From a virus (taxonomy: Duplodnaviria > Heunggongvirae > Uroviricota > Caudoviricetes): 46,929 bases of DNA. The number at the start of each line of letters is the position of its first letter. The stretch's first letter is position 1. Positions 35,632 through 43,986 of this stretch are shown here, piece after piece. Where the stretch lies: IMG/VR virus record IMGVR_UViG_2703718815_000012, positions 1 to 46,929 of that record; one strand, written 5' to 3'. The position numbers and the translations under genes are program-made. Below the pieces are notes generated by a model, which searched no databases, was not told the DNA's origin, and saw nothing but the letters and a program-made list of their open reading frames with translations.

Positions 35632-36321
35632 ATGAAATTAGAACTAATAGCATTATCTTTACTGGCTTTAACTACGAACGCAATCGGCTCTAGCACCCTG
35701 AGCTGCGATTACGCTAAGTCGGACATCAGTAATGGAGCTAATGCTCCAATGATTCCTGGCGGAAAAGGCACTGTCGAATTTGATGGAAAATCCTTTAAAG
35801 CCACACGTCCAAATGGTGGTGTGATCATTTCACCAATAATCAGTGAACAAAAAAATGGAATGCTTTTTCTTGACGACAAGACAAAAGTGTTCGCGGCAAG
35901 CCTTTCTAAAACTGATTTCGCTATCTCTGACCGAATTGCTCGAATTACTGAGCAATGGGCCAACTGCATTGATGTTAGTCCATCGCCGAACAATTCAGAT
36001 AACGACAAACCGGCAACTGCCTGGAAATATAGGTCTCTCACGAAGCAGGAGATAAATGCTGTTGAGGCAGCAGTGAAAGACCAATTGAAGGATCCAGAAA
36101 GTGCCAGATTCAAGCACTCTAAGTTTGTGAGCAACGGGAAAGGCGCTTACTGCGGCCTGGTTAATTCCAAAAACTCATATGGCGGCTATGCTGGAAACAC
36201 TCCTTTCATGGTCATGCTTATCAACAATGGCAAACCTCACGCTGGCTTTATTGGTATGGGCGGAGATGATGCCGAGACCCTGTCAACGCTATCCGTCTGC
36301 AAAGACAGTGGTTATTTCTAA
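35632..36321 (+). CDS. secreted protein of unknown function (immunity-region moron)
   Basis: 229-aa ORF with N-terminal signal peptide MKLELIALSLLALTTNAIG; AT-rich; co-oriented with and immediately downstream of cI. Confidence 0.55.
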   Translation: MKLELIALSLLALTTNAIGSSTLSCDYAKSDISNGANAPMIPGGKGTVEFDGKSFKATRPNGGVIISPIISEQKNGMLFLDDKTKVFAASLSKTDFAISDRIARITEQWANCIDVSPSPNNSDNDKPATAWKYRSLTKQEINAVEAAVKDQLKDPESARFKHSKFVSNGKGAYCGLVNSKNSYGGYAGNTPFMVMLINNGKPHAGFIGMGGDDAETLSTLSVCKDSGYF

Positions 36322-36337
36322 ACCCCACCTTGATTGA

Positions 36338-36364
36338 AAGCCCCGCATTGCGGGGTTTTTTATT
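36338..36364 (+). terminator. intrinsic terminator ending the cI operon
   Basis: ccccgc-att-gcgggg followed by TTTTTTATT. Confidence 0.7.
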
Positions 36365-36426
36365 GCCAGAAATCCCCCCCCGCCACATTTTTTACAAAAA
36401 TAAATTCATTTAGCTATCAGTGCATT

Positions 36427-36489
36427 ATAACTTATGTGATGATAATTATAAATTAGGTTATTGCCATCACTCATAACTAAGGTTATCTT
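36427..36489 (+). promoter_or_regulatory. OL-like operators and PL-like promoter
   Basis: three 14-mers related to the OR sites (ATAACTTATGTGAT 36427..36440, ATAAATTAGGTTAT 36448..36461, ATAACTAAGGTTAT 36473..36486) overlapping -35 TTGCCA (36461..36466) and -10 TATCTT (36484..36489), 17-nt spacer. Confidence 0.55.
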
Positions 36490-36684
36490 TAATCCATCGA
36501 AACGAAACATCGACAGCTGAGCGAAGTTAGCCAGCGGCGAAGTGGAGATTCGGTCAGTCGAACGGCGCGACAGTAAACCATGCGTCGGACCATAGGCGGG
36601 CTCAGGAAGAGCGGCAATTATGGCTAAACGATTTACCAGCAGCTCTTTGCGAGGGGCTGACGGTAAACAATCAGAGGGGTGTAT

Positions 36685-37026
36685 ATGTCAGATAAAAAAA
36701 TGGCGCCACTACTGCTCAATGTAGACGCCAGCGAAGTGCTTACCCAGACCGGGGAGCTTTTAAAGTTACTTGAACTTCCAGCCAGCTCCTTTCAGGGAAT
36801 TCCTGAGCATGTCGTCGATCTGTTTTTTGACCGTGTCCGTGGCCTGATTGACAACATCGTCCTTAGTGATTTCGCGACCACAGTCAGCACAACTGACGCC
36901 GGTGAAATTTGTCTCAAAGTCAAAATCATCGGGCTGGTTGAACATCTCACTTCCGCAGTCAGGGCACACGGTCCGCATGGTTTGCATGAACATATCCTTT
37001 CTACTGTTGGGGAGCTTAAAGAGTAA
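36685..37026 (+). CDS. hypothetical protein, first ORF of early-left operon (uncertain; overlaps antisense ORF)
   Basis: 113-aa ORF from ATG 36685 with GAGGGG SD; N-position gene by synteny but acidic rather than Arg-rich. Confidence 0.3.
   Translation: MSDKKMAPLLLNVDASEVLTQTGELLKLLELPASSFQGIPEHVVDLFFDRVRGLIDNIVLSDFATTVSTTDAGEICLKVKIIGLVEHLTSAVRAHGPHGLHEHILSTVGELKE
36766..36987 (-). CDS. hypothetical zinc-ribbon protein (73 aa; uncertain, antisense to 36685..37026)
   Basis: CPDCG and CADCG pairs, AAAGGA SD 7 nt before ATG 36987; hand-counted third-position GC higher than in the overlapping plus frame. Confidence 0.35.
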   Translation of the reverse strand: MQTMRTVCPDCGSEMFNQPDDFDFETNFTGVSCADCGREITKDDVVNQATDTVKKQIDDMLRNSLKGAGWKFK

Positions 37027-37215
37027 GCGATTTCTTGCTGTTGGGGAATAGCGGGAAAGCGCGCGCCGGGCGCGGATAAATACCCCGGCAATAACTGGAA
37101 TGTTTTGTAGTGCAGTGAATTGCAGCTGCATCGACGGCAACCGGAAGATAAGCACCCGGCGCTGCACCACAAAGCATTTCTCCCGCATCAGCGGGTAACG
37201 ACAGAGGGTAAGAGC

Positions 37216-37398
37216 ATGCGTAAACCTAAAGCTACAAGCGAAACAGTGGTTCATTTCACCATGATGCGCCGACCTGATTGTGCAAAGCATGGTGATCAGC
37301 GCGGCAGAGTGTGGCGACATAAGTATCAATTCCTTGATAGCGCATTTTGCAGGGCTGCAAGCCAAATATCTCCCCGCTCATTTAATTTCAATCAATAG
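37216..37398 (+). CDS. small basic protein (60 aa)
   Basis: GAGGG SD, Arg/Lys-rich N-terminus MRKPKATSETVVHFTMMRRPDCAKHGDQRGRVWRHK, terminator immediately after stop. Confidence 0.45.
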   Translation: MRKPKATSETVVHFTMMRRPDCAKHGDQRGRVWRHKYQFLDSAFCRAASQISPRSFNFNQ

Positions 37399-37421
37399 CC
37401 GCCTAACCAGCGGCTTTTTTC
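37397..37421 (+). terminator. intrinsic terminator (tL1-like)
   Basis: agccgc-ctaacca-gcggct followed by TTTTTT. Confidence 0.7.
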
Positions 37422-37555
37422 ATACCTCAGTCGCTTCACCGAGGCGGCTTAGTTATGACAACCGGCGGCCATCCACCGCCCATTGAAACACTGAATAAAT
37501 GCGTTGAAGTCTTGTATTAACCGTTCCGTTCGCCGCGATAAGGCCAAGAGGATTT

Positions 37556-37765
37556 ATGAGTGATTTGGAGTTGGGCTTAAAGATATACGCATTATGGTTT
37601 GTCGGGACGTTTCTGCTCGGCATAGCAATCAACTCGCTGACGAAAAAAGAACATCGCCAGCCACTTTCAAAACTAGCCATTGACCATGTACGCATGTCTT
37701 CCGCAATAACCATTGTGGGCCTGATTGTGTGCGGTATGGGCTGGTTCTTATTCAAGGTGGTGTGA
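37556..37765 (+). CDS. small membrane protein (two predicted TM helices)
   Basis: 69-aa ORF with hydrophobic segments IYALWFVGTFLLGIAI and AITIVGLIVCGMGWFLF. Confidence 0.45.
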   Translation: MSDLELGLKIYALWFVGTFLLGIAINSLTKKEHRQPLSKLAIDHVRMSSAITIVGLIVCGMGWFLFKVV

Positions 37766-37766
37766 G

Positions 37767-37925
37767 ATGACAGTCACCCACAACGGCAAGCAGTACACCG
37801 CCAAAAAGCTCAACGATAACGAGTGGCAGCTGACGTCGGTATCTAACCCGCGTGAAAAGCTGACGATGAACCGCTGGCATATGAAGCTGGCTGGCCTCCT
37901 GGAACAGGTTGAGGTGAAGGCATGA
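37767..37925 (+). CDS. hypothetical protein (52 aa)
   Basis: ATG 37767 directly after upstream stop; coupled to next gene. Confidence 0.3.
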   Translation: MTVTHNGKQYTAKKLNDNEWQLTSVSNPREKLTMNRWHMKLAGLLEQVEVKA

Positions 37926-38131
37926 TCAACCACTACGGCACCACCCCGCTCATTCGCCAGTGCGTCACGCCCGGCATGATGGCATTGCATGAAGGCCGCA
38001 CATATCGCGTCTCAGCAGTCATTCAGGAGCGCAAATGGGTATACCTGCACACTGACGCAGAAATAATCCGACTCAGTGACTGCGTGATTGACGTCCTTCT
38101 TGACGGTCACGGCAACCCTATCCAGCACTAA
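37922..38131 (+). CDS. hypothetical protein (69 aa)
   Basis: ATGA overlap with upstream ORF. Confidence 0.4.
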   Translation: MINHYGTTPLIRQCVTPGMMALHEGRTYRVSAVIQERKWVYLHTDAEIIRLSDCVIDVLLDGHGNPIQH

Positions 38132-38201
38132 CCACCCTATTCAACCGTTCGGCCTGGCATTACGCGGGCGTGATCTGCACATCCAAATTTCAGGAGAAAC
38201 C

Positions 38202-39173
38202 ATGAGCGAAGTAACGGACTTAACTGTCATCGAAATCAAGCCGGAACAGGCCCCAGTGCTTTACGTAGCGGGCGGCCTTGACGCGTACCTTGAGCAAATC
38301 CGCCAGGCTGTAAACGAAGTGCCGGACCTGTCCACGAAGAAAGGCCGTGACCGTGTTGCCTCTCTGGCAGCGCAGGTGTCCCGCAGCAAGACGGCAATCG
38401 AAAAGCCGGGCCGTGAGTACCTGAAGCGCCTGAAAGAGGCTGTGCGTCCGGCTGAGGCCGAAATTAAGCGATTCGTTGATGCCTGCGACGAGCTGCGCGA
38501 TGCGACCCGCCGCCCTCTAACCGAATGGGAAGCCGAGCAGGAACGCATCAAGGCTGAAGAAGCCATGAACGCGCTACACGCCGAAGCGCTGGTCATGAAC
38601 GAGAGCATCGATCTACAGCGGGCTATTCAGTTCGAAGCAGACCACGAAATGGCTCTGCTGATGAATGACAAGTTTGACCGTGAACGCGAAGAGCAGCGCC
38701 GCCTGGCGGAACAGGCTCAACGCGAGCGTGACGAGCGGCTGAAGCAGGAGGCGGCAGAGCAAGCCCGCCGAGATGCAGAAGCGAAGCACAAAGCGGAGAT
38801 TGAAGCCGCAGCGCGCCGTGAAGCAGAAGAGAAAGCCCGCGCTGAACTGGCGGAACGCCAGCGCATTGAAGCGGAACAGCGTGCGGCACGCGAGAAGCAG
38901 GAAGCAGAAGCCCGGGCGGAAAGAGATAAAGCTGCGGCAGTGGAAGCTGAGCGCCTCAAAGCAAAACAGGCAGAAGAGAAACGCCTGGCAGAAGAGAAGC
39001 GAATCGCCGATGAGCAGGCAAAACGTGAAGCCGATGTGAAGCACCGCAAAACGGTCGGCACCAACATCGTTAACGCGCTCACCAGCCAAACCAGCTTAAC
39101 CCGCGAGCAGGCTATCGAAGTGCTTACCGCTCTGAAAGATGACCTGATCCCCTGCGCGAAAATTCATTACTGA
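38202..39173 (+). CDS. coiled-coil protein of unknown function (recombination module)
   Basis: 323-aa ORF from ATG 38202 (CAGGAGAAACC SD); C-terminal half is Ala/Glu/Arg/Lys-rich low complexity. Confidence 0.55.
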   Translation: MSEVTDLTVIEIKPEQAPVLYVAGGLDAYLEQIRQAVNEVPDLSTKKGRDRVASLAAQVSRSKTAIEKPGREYLKRLKEAVRPAEAEIKRFVDACDELRDATRRPLTEWEAEQERIKAEEAMNALHAEALVMNESIDLQRAIQFEADHEMALLMNDKFDREREEQRRLAEQAQRERDERLKQEAAEQARRDAEAKHKAEIEAAARREAEEKARAELAERQRIEAEQRAAREKQEAEARAERDKAAAVEAERLKAKQAEEKRLAEEKRIADEQAKREADVKHRKTVGTNIVNALTSQTSLTREQAIEVLTALKDDLIPCAKIHY

Positions 39174-39180
39174 GGCAACC

Positions 39181-39465
39181 ATGAACGCATACCTCACTTA
39201 CGACCGCATCGAAGATCGGCGCTGGGCTGAGCAGCAGATCACCGACGAGAAAGAGAAGTGGATCGACGACCGGGCGCAGAAAATCATCGACATGATGCCT
39301 AAAGAGCCGTCCGGCCTCTTCCACTTCACGATCCCGATAGACTCCAGCCCATACGAAGGGCTTCGCAGCGATAAAGCTGGCGAGGCCTACAACGATTTCA
39401 TTTCGGTAGTTGCTTACGCCCAGGCGGAATACGACTGGGAACACCGTACCGGCTGCCCGTTTTAA
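39181..39465 (+). CDS. gam: Gam-like host nuclease (RecBCD) inhibitor
   Basis: N-terminus MNAYLTYDRIEDRRWAEQQITDEKEKW parallels the lambda Gam short-form N-terminus as recalled; immediately upstream of bet. Confidence 0.65.
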   Translation: MNAYLTYDRIEDRRWAEQQITDEKEKWIDDRAQKIIDMMPKEPSGLFHFTIPIDSSPYEGLRSDKAGEAYNDFISVVAYAQAEYDWEHRTGCPF

Positions 39466-39483
39466 TTTTTGAGGGATTTAACA

Positions 39484-40230
39484 ATGAGTACTGCACTTTC
39501 CACCATGGCCGGGAAACTGGCCGCACGCCTCGGCATGGATGCCGGTACAGACCTGATGAATACGCTGAAGAATACAGCGTTCAAAGGTGGCAACGTCACG
39601 GACGAGCAGTTTACAGCCCTGTTGATCGTCGCCAACCAGTACGGCCTGAACCCATGGACCAAAGAGATTTACGCATTCCCAGATAAAGGCGGGATTGTCC
39701 CGGTCGTCGGCGTTGATGGATGGGCTCGCATTATCAACGAGCATCCTCAGTTTGACGGCATGGAGTTCTCTTACGACAAGGAGGAAGGCGCGTGTACCTG
39801 CAAGATTTACCGCAAAGACCGTAAGCACCCGACCATCGTCACCGAGTACATGGGAGAGTGCAAACGCAACACTCAGCCATGGCAGTCCCACCCTACCCGC
39901 ATGCTTCGCCACAAGACGCTGATTCAGTGCGCGCGTCTGGCCTTTGGTTTCGCTGGCATCTTCGACCAGGACGAGGCCGAGCGAGTGATTGAAGGAACAA
40001 CGGCAGAGGTTCATGCAGGCCATGAATCAGATAGCCGTCGTCCGGACCTGATCGCAAAAGGCGAGTCTGCCGCGCGCCTTGGAACCGTTAAGTATCAAGA
40101 GTTCTGGGTGGCGCTGAGCGCTGAAGAGAAGCAGGTAATTGGAGCAGTTGAGAAGCGACGCATGTATGACATGAGTCTTGCTGTCGACAACGCCGAGCCT
40201 GTCAATGTCGCAGATGCGGAGGCTGAATGA
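39484..40230 (+). CDS. bet: Bet (Red-beta) single-strand annealing recombinase
   Basis: near-colinear resemblance to lambda Bet: MSTAL..., LIVANQYGLNPWTKEIYAFPDK, GIVPVVGVDGW, QSHPTRMLRHK, IQCARLAFGFAGI. Confidence 0.9.
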   Translation: MSTALSTMAGKLAARLGMDAGTDLMNTLKNTAFKGGNVTDEQFTALLIVANQYGLNPWTKEIYAFPDKGGIVPVVGVDGWARIINEHPQFDGMEFSYDKEEGACTCKIYRKDRKHPTIVTEYMGECKRNTQPWQSHPTRMLRHKTLIQCARLAFGFAGIFDQDEAERVIEGTTAEVHAGHESDSRRPDLIAKGESAARLGTVKYQEFWVALSAEEKQVIGAVEKRRMYDMSLAVDNAEPVNVADAEAE

Positions 40231-40844
40231 TGGAGCAACGCACCCCTGAATGGTTTGCTGCGCGCTGCGGCAAGGTCACAGCCAGTCGACTGGCTGATGT
40301 CATGGCCCGGACTAAGTCGGGCTACTCCACCAGCCGCCAGAACTACATGGCAGAGCTGATTTGCCAACGACTGACCGGGAAGCTGGAGGAAGGGTTTTCG
40401 AATGCCGCGATGATGCGCGGCACTGAACTTGAGCCAGTGGCGCGCGAAATGTACGCGCTGAATGAGTTCGATGCGGAAATCACTGAAGTTGGACTCATCG
40501 ATCACCCAACCATACCCGGATTCGCAGCCAGCCCGGACGGACTTGTTAACGACGACGGGCTTATCGAAATCAAATGCCCCAACACCTGGACCCACCTTGA
40601 AACGCTGAAAACTGGCGAGCCAAAGCGCCAGTACATGCTGCAAATGCATGCGCAGATGATGTGCACCGGGCGGAAATGGTGTGATTTCGTTAGTTTCGAT
40701 GATCGCCTGCCGCCTGACCTCGCATATTTCAAGAAGCGGATTCATTTCGATGAAGAGCTGGCGCGCGAAATCGAATCTGAGGTTAAGAGCTTCCTTGCGG
40801 ATCTGGAATCGGAAATTCAGAAAATCACAGAGCGTGCAGCATGA
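40227..40844 (+). CDS. exo: recombination exonuclease (YqaJ / lambda-Exo family, PD-(D/E)xK)
   Basis: 205-aa ORF coupled to bet; SPDG...EIKCP segment typical of YqaJ-type viral exonucleases. Confidence 0.7.
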   Translation: MMEQRTPEWFAARCGKVTASRLADVMARTKSGYSTSRQNYMAELICQRLTGKLEEGFSNAAMMRGTELEPVAREMYALNEFDAEITEVGLIDHPTIPGFAASPDGLVNDDGLIEIKCPNTWTHLETLKTGEPKRQYMLQMHAQMMCTGRKWCDFVSFDDRLPPDLAYFKKRIHFDEELAREIESEVKSFLADLESEIQKITERAA

Positions 40845-41269
40845 AACGCACACCATTTTACCGCAGGCCCGGGCGAACCGGGCAATTCTCTGGCCTCCGT
40901 GAGCGCGTAATCTGGATGATTCAGACGCGCGGACGCCCGGTGACCGGCAGCGAAATCGCTGAGAAGTTTGGCGTAACGCTCATTGAGTTTAACCGGGTCG
41001 CCAACGGAATCACCCGCGGCTCCGGACAGATAGCTCAGATCGTTGAGTCGGAAAAATGGATCAACGAGGAAGGCATCTGCGACCGGAAATTCGACCTGGT
41101 CACGAAGCCAAAGGTCGTAACGCCGCAGGGTAAATCGCGGCTGTTCACCCGGCGCGCCATAGAGCAATCGCAGGAAGGCAGACGGCAGGAGTGCATTGAA
41201 CGTGCCGCCCGCCGTAGCCGCCTGATTGCTCAGGGCCTCTACATCGACGAAATGGAGTCCATCCTATGA
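40841..41269 (+). CDS. hypothetical protein (142 aa, possibly DNA-binding)
   Basis: ATGA coupling to exo. Confidence 0.4.
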   Translation: MKRTPFYRRPGRTGQFSGLRERVIWMIQTRGRPVTGSEIAEKFGVTLIEFNRVANGITRGSGQIAQIVESEKWINEEGICDRKFDLVTKPKVVTPQGKSRLFTRRAIEQSQEGRRQECIERAARRSRLIAQGLYIDEMESIL

Positions 41270-41418
41270 CTCACGCTCACGACGACATCAGGGTTGGCAA
41301 ACTCTGCCTTCCCTTCATTGGTAACGGCTGGCTAAAGCCATGGGGTGAAGTGGTCTGCAATCCATTAAAGGCGCAGCGGCTCGCTGAGGAATATCGGGAA
41401 AGGCAGGAGGCGGCATGA
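41266..41418 (+). CDS. small protein (50 aa, below ORF-track cutoff)
   Basis: ORF MTHAHDDIRVGKLCLPFIGNGW... bridging two genes with ATGA overlaps at both ends. Confidence 0.3.
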   Translation: MTHAHDDIRVGKLCLPFIGNGWLKPWGEVVCNPLKAQRLAEEYRERQEAA

Positions 41419-42074
41419 CAGCGAAATACTCACTTCTGTATGTCGATCCGCCCTGGTCTTACGGCAACACCATCAGTAACGGTGCCGCCGCCGACCACTA
41501 CTCCACCATGAAGTTAATCGACATAAAGCGCCTGCCGGTGTGGGAGCTTGCCGCCGAAAACGCGGTGCTGGCGATGTGGTACACCGGCACGCATAACCAG
41601 GAGGCTATCGAACTGGCAGAGGCCTGGGGCTTTACCGTTCGCACGATGAAGGGCTTCACCTGGGTGAAGCTGAATCAGAACGCAGAGCTGCGCATCAACA
41701 AGGCGCTGGCCGAGGGTGAAGTCACCGACTTTTACGACTTCCTCGATCTGCTTAACGTCGAGACGCGCATGAACGGCGGCAACCACACCCGGGCCAATAC
41801 CGAAGATCTGCTGATTGCTACCCGCGGCGCCGGACTGGAAAGAAAGCACGCCGGGATTAAGCAGGTGGTATACAGCCCGCTCGGCGCGCACAGCGAAAAA
41901 CCATGGGAAGTTCGCCACCGGCTGGAGCTGCTTTACGGCGATGTGCCGCGTATTGAGCTATTTAGCCGCAGCGCGGCACCAGGCTGGCACCACTGGGGAA
42001 ATCAGTGCGCCACCGCCGCTGTAGAGCTGCTACCCGGCTGCGCCATCGATGTTGTGAAAACGGAGGCCGCATGA
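41415..42074 (+). CDS. MT-A70-family DNA N6-adenine methyltransferase
   Basis: catalytic DPPW motif (LLYVDPPWSYG) near N-terminus, 219 aa. Confidence 0.8.
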   Translation: MTAKYSLLYVDPPWSYGNTISNGAAADHYSTMKLIDIKRLPVWELAAENAVLAMWYTGTHNQEAIELAEAWGFTVRTMKGFTWVKLNQNAELRINKALAEGEVTDFYDFLDLLNVETRMNGGNHTRANTEDLLIATRGAGLERKHAGIKQVVYSPLGAHSEKPWEVRHRLELLYGDVPRIELFSRSAAPGWHHWGNQCATAAVELLPGCAIDVVKTEAA

Positions 42075-42289
42075 CGCCAGCAAATGAAAACGCCATCCGC
42101 GCCGCCTGCCGCCGCTGCACCGAAGAAATCCAGCAGGCCATGCGCAAGAAGCCAAAGCCTAACTGGAACGAAACGGTGCCTCCCATTATCAACAAGCATC
42201 ACAAGAAAATTGAAGTTCTGGGAGTTAGCCTCCTGGAGTTCGTCGTATACACAGGTCGGCTTAATCGCCGCTTCGGAGTTGATTCATGA
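42071..42289 (+). CDS. hypothetical protein (72 aa)
   Basis: ATG 42071 overlapping methyltransferase stop. Confidence 0.4.
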   Translation: MTPANENAIRAACRRCTEEIQQAMRKKPKPNWNETVPPIINKHHKKIEVLGVSLLEFVVYTGRLNRRFGVDS

Positions 42290-42852
42290 GCAATTCGATA
42301 GCAGACGGAGCGAAATTAACTCCGGAGACATTCGCAGATTTCATTGAGCGCTTGAGGTATCACCATCGCGGCGATGGTGTTAATCGTCACGCCACCGCCG
42401 ATCCGATTTTCATGGTTCAGAAGCAGGCAACCATTTATGGCCTGGCAGAAGAGTACGGCGAATCGAAGATAGTCCATTTCGAAGAATGCGAATGGGACAG
42501 CCCTCAAGAGTATTGGGACGATCTGGATGAACAACAGCAGGAAGAGTTAAACGCCTTCTGCATTGACCAGTGCGACACTACCTTTACTGATCTCGATGAA
42601 GATGCTCAGTGGGAAGTGCTGGCTGACCTTGACGGCCACACTGTCTGCGGTACACGTAAAGAGTGGCAGAACATTAACGCTCATTTTACCCGTGAAGCAG
42701 CGGATGCTTTCATTCGCCGCAAACAGCATGATTATCCTCCTCTGCGGGTCTACGTCGAGAGCATGTACTTCGGCTGGGAGTATCAGGAAATCGTCCGCGC
42801 TCTATGCGACGGAAGACTGGTGCTAACCGAAAAAAATAGCGGTGCAGCATGA
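42286..42852 (+). CDS. acidic hypothetical protein (188 aa)
   Basis: strongly Asp/Glu-rich central segment (EECEWDSPQEYWDDLDEQQQEEL...DLDEDAQWEVLADLDG). Confidence 0.5.
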   Translation: MSNSIADGAKLTPETFADFIERLRYHHRGDGVNRHATADPIFMVQKQATIYGLAEEYGESKIVHFEECEWDSPQEYWDDLDEQQQEELNAFCIDQCDTTFTDLDEDAQWEVLADLDGHTVCGTRKEWQNINAHFTREAADAFIRRKQHDYPPLRVYVESMYFGWEYQEIVRALCDGRLVLTEKNSGAA

Positions 42853-43040
42853 ACAGAGCCTCACCAGTTGATTTGAGGAAAAGCCTCGAAATCGCCAACC
42901 ATCTGGCGCATATCGGGATTCGCTTTGTGCCGATCCCGGTAGCTACAGAGGAAGAATTCCAGACACTGGCCGCAGAGCTATCGCGACGGCTTGAGCAGAT
43001 GGCGGTCGAAGCCGAGAAGAATGAAGGCGGTGCAGCATGA
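42849..43040 (+). CDS. hypothetical protein (63 aa)
   Basis: coupled ORF. Confidence 0.35.
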   Translation: MNRASPVDLRKSLEIANHLAHIGIRFVPIPVATEEEFQTLAAELSRRLEQMAVEAEKNEGGAA

Positions 43041-43131
43041 AGGCACTAATCACCAGGTCGCTAGCGCGGCCTTTTTTATTGTTGGCGTTCACCTTCAACA
43101 GAATTAACCGACAGTTCCGGGAGCATTGACC

Positions 43132-43347
43132 ATGGACATCATCGATACCGCAGCAGAGATTGAAGAGCTTCAGCGTAACGCTGCCCTTTCCGCCCACCGG
43201 CTCAACCGCAACTCCGTATCAGCTGAGCGTTGTGAAGAATGTGACGAACCAATTCCCGAGCCGCGGCGCGCTGCCGTTCCCGGCTGCCAGACGTGCGCCA
43301 GTTGCCAGGCTGATTTGGAACTTATCCGTAAGCAAAGGGGCTCCTGA
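43132..43347 (+). CDS. TraR/DksA-family C4 zinc-finger protein
   Basis: CEECDEPIPEPRR...CQTCASCQ: two CxxC pairs with spacing typical of TraR/DksA fingers; ATG 43132. Confidence 0.65.
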   Translation: MDIIDTAAEIEELQRNAALSAHRLNRNSVSAERCEECDEPIPEPRRAAVPGCQTCASCQADLELIRKQRGS

Positions 43348-43694
43348 TGGATTACACCAAACTCAGTGACGGTGAAATAAGTGTAAGGCTCGCATATTTC
43401 CTGAAGCCAAAGTACACCGCCACTATTCACCCGCATGAAAAGACCGGTGCCAATTTGTCGTGGAACTGGTTTAACACGGTACAGAACACCGCCTGGTTTC
43501 CGTTACGTCGTGCCGAAGAGATCTACCCGGCAATGAAGAAGCATCGAATCGGTCTGGTACCATTAGGTAAGACCGTGTGGCAGGCAACTCATGAGTCTGG
43601 TGTCAGCTCGACTCACCGTAACCCGCTGCGTGCTGTGGCAATCGTCTACCTCATTTTGCAGGAGTCAGCCAATGTTCAGGATAATCCAGCCTAA
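43347..43694 (+). CDS. hypothetical protein (115 aa)
   Basis: ATG overlaps upstream stop. Confidence 0.45.
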   Translation: MDYTKLSDGEISVRLAYFLKPKYTATIHPHEKTGANLSWNWFNTVQNTAWFPLRRAEEIYPAMKKHRIGLVPLGKTVWQATHESGVSSTHRNPLRAVAIVYLILQESANVQDNPA

Positions 43695-43986
43695 TACTTG
43701 GTACGCCGACATGTTTGGTGAACCCTGCAAAATCCTCCGCGCTACCCACGAAGTAATCCACTACATCCGCAACGGTCGCACCTGCATCGCCAGCATTGGC
43801 CGCTTTCAACATGAATTCGAGCCGCTGACCAAAGCACAGGCTGAGCGGATCGCCGAAGAAATCGAAACAGCAGAGCACATCGAAAAATTAAGGAGCATGA
43901 GACGTGATCGGAATACTCAAGCCGGTACCGGAATCGCAATGGCCGGTACGATGCCACGACCCCAAGCGGAGCAACGTGTGGGCTAA
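43672..43986 (+). CDS. hypothetical protein (104 aa)
   Basis: ATG 43672 with AGGAG SD; overlaps next ORF by 83 nt, so one boundary may be wrong. Confidence 0.3.
   Translation: MFRIIQPNTWYADMFGEPCKILRATHEVIHYIRNGRTCIASIGRFQHEFEPLTKAQAERIAEEIETAEHIEKLRSMRRDRNTQAGTGIAMAGTMPRPQAEQRVG

Noticed and set aside
36601-36680. nutL-like site (boxA GCTCTTTG at 36642..36649)
   Set aside because: No convincing boxB hairpin follows and no N-like Arg-rich antiterminator is evident; kept only as a note inside the PL finding
38613-39089. Cluster of overlapping ORFs on both strands (38613..39089, 38623..38889, 38717..39082, 38773..39039)
   Set aside because: All fall within the Ala/Glu/Arg-rich low-complexity half of the 38202..39173 coiled-coil gene; repetitive GCN/GAR codons create open frames on every strand
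40095-40856. 253-aa minus-strand ORF
   Set aside because: Antisense to bet and exo, which are strongly supported by recognisable lambda Red resemblance
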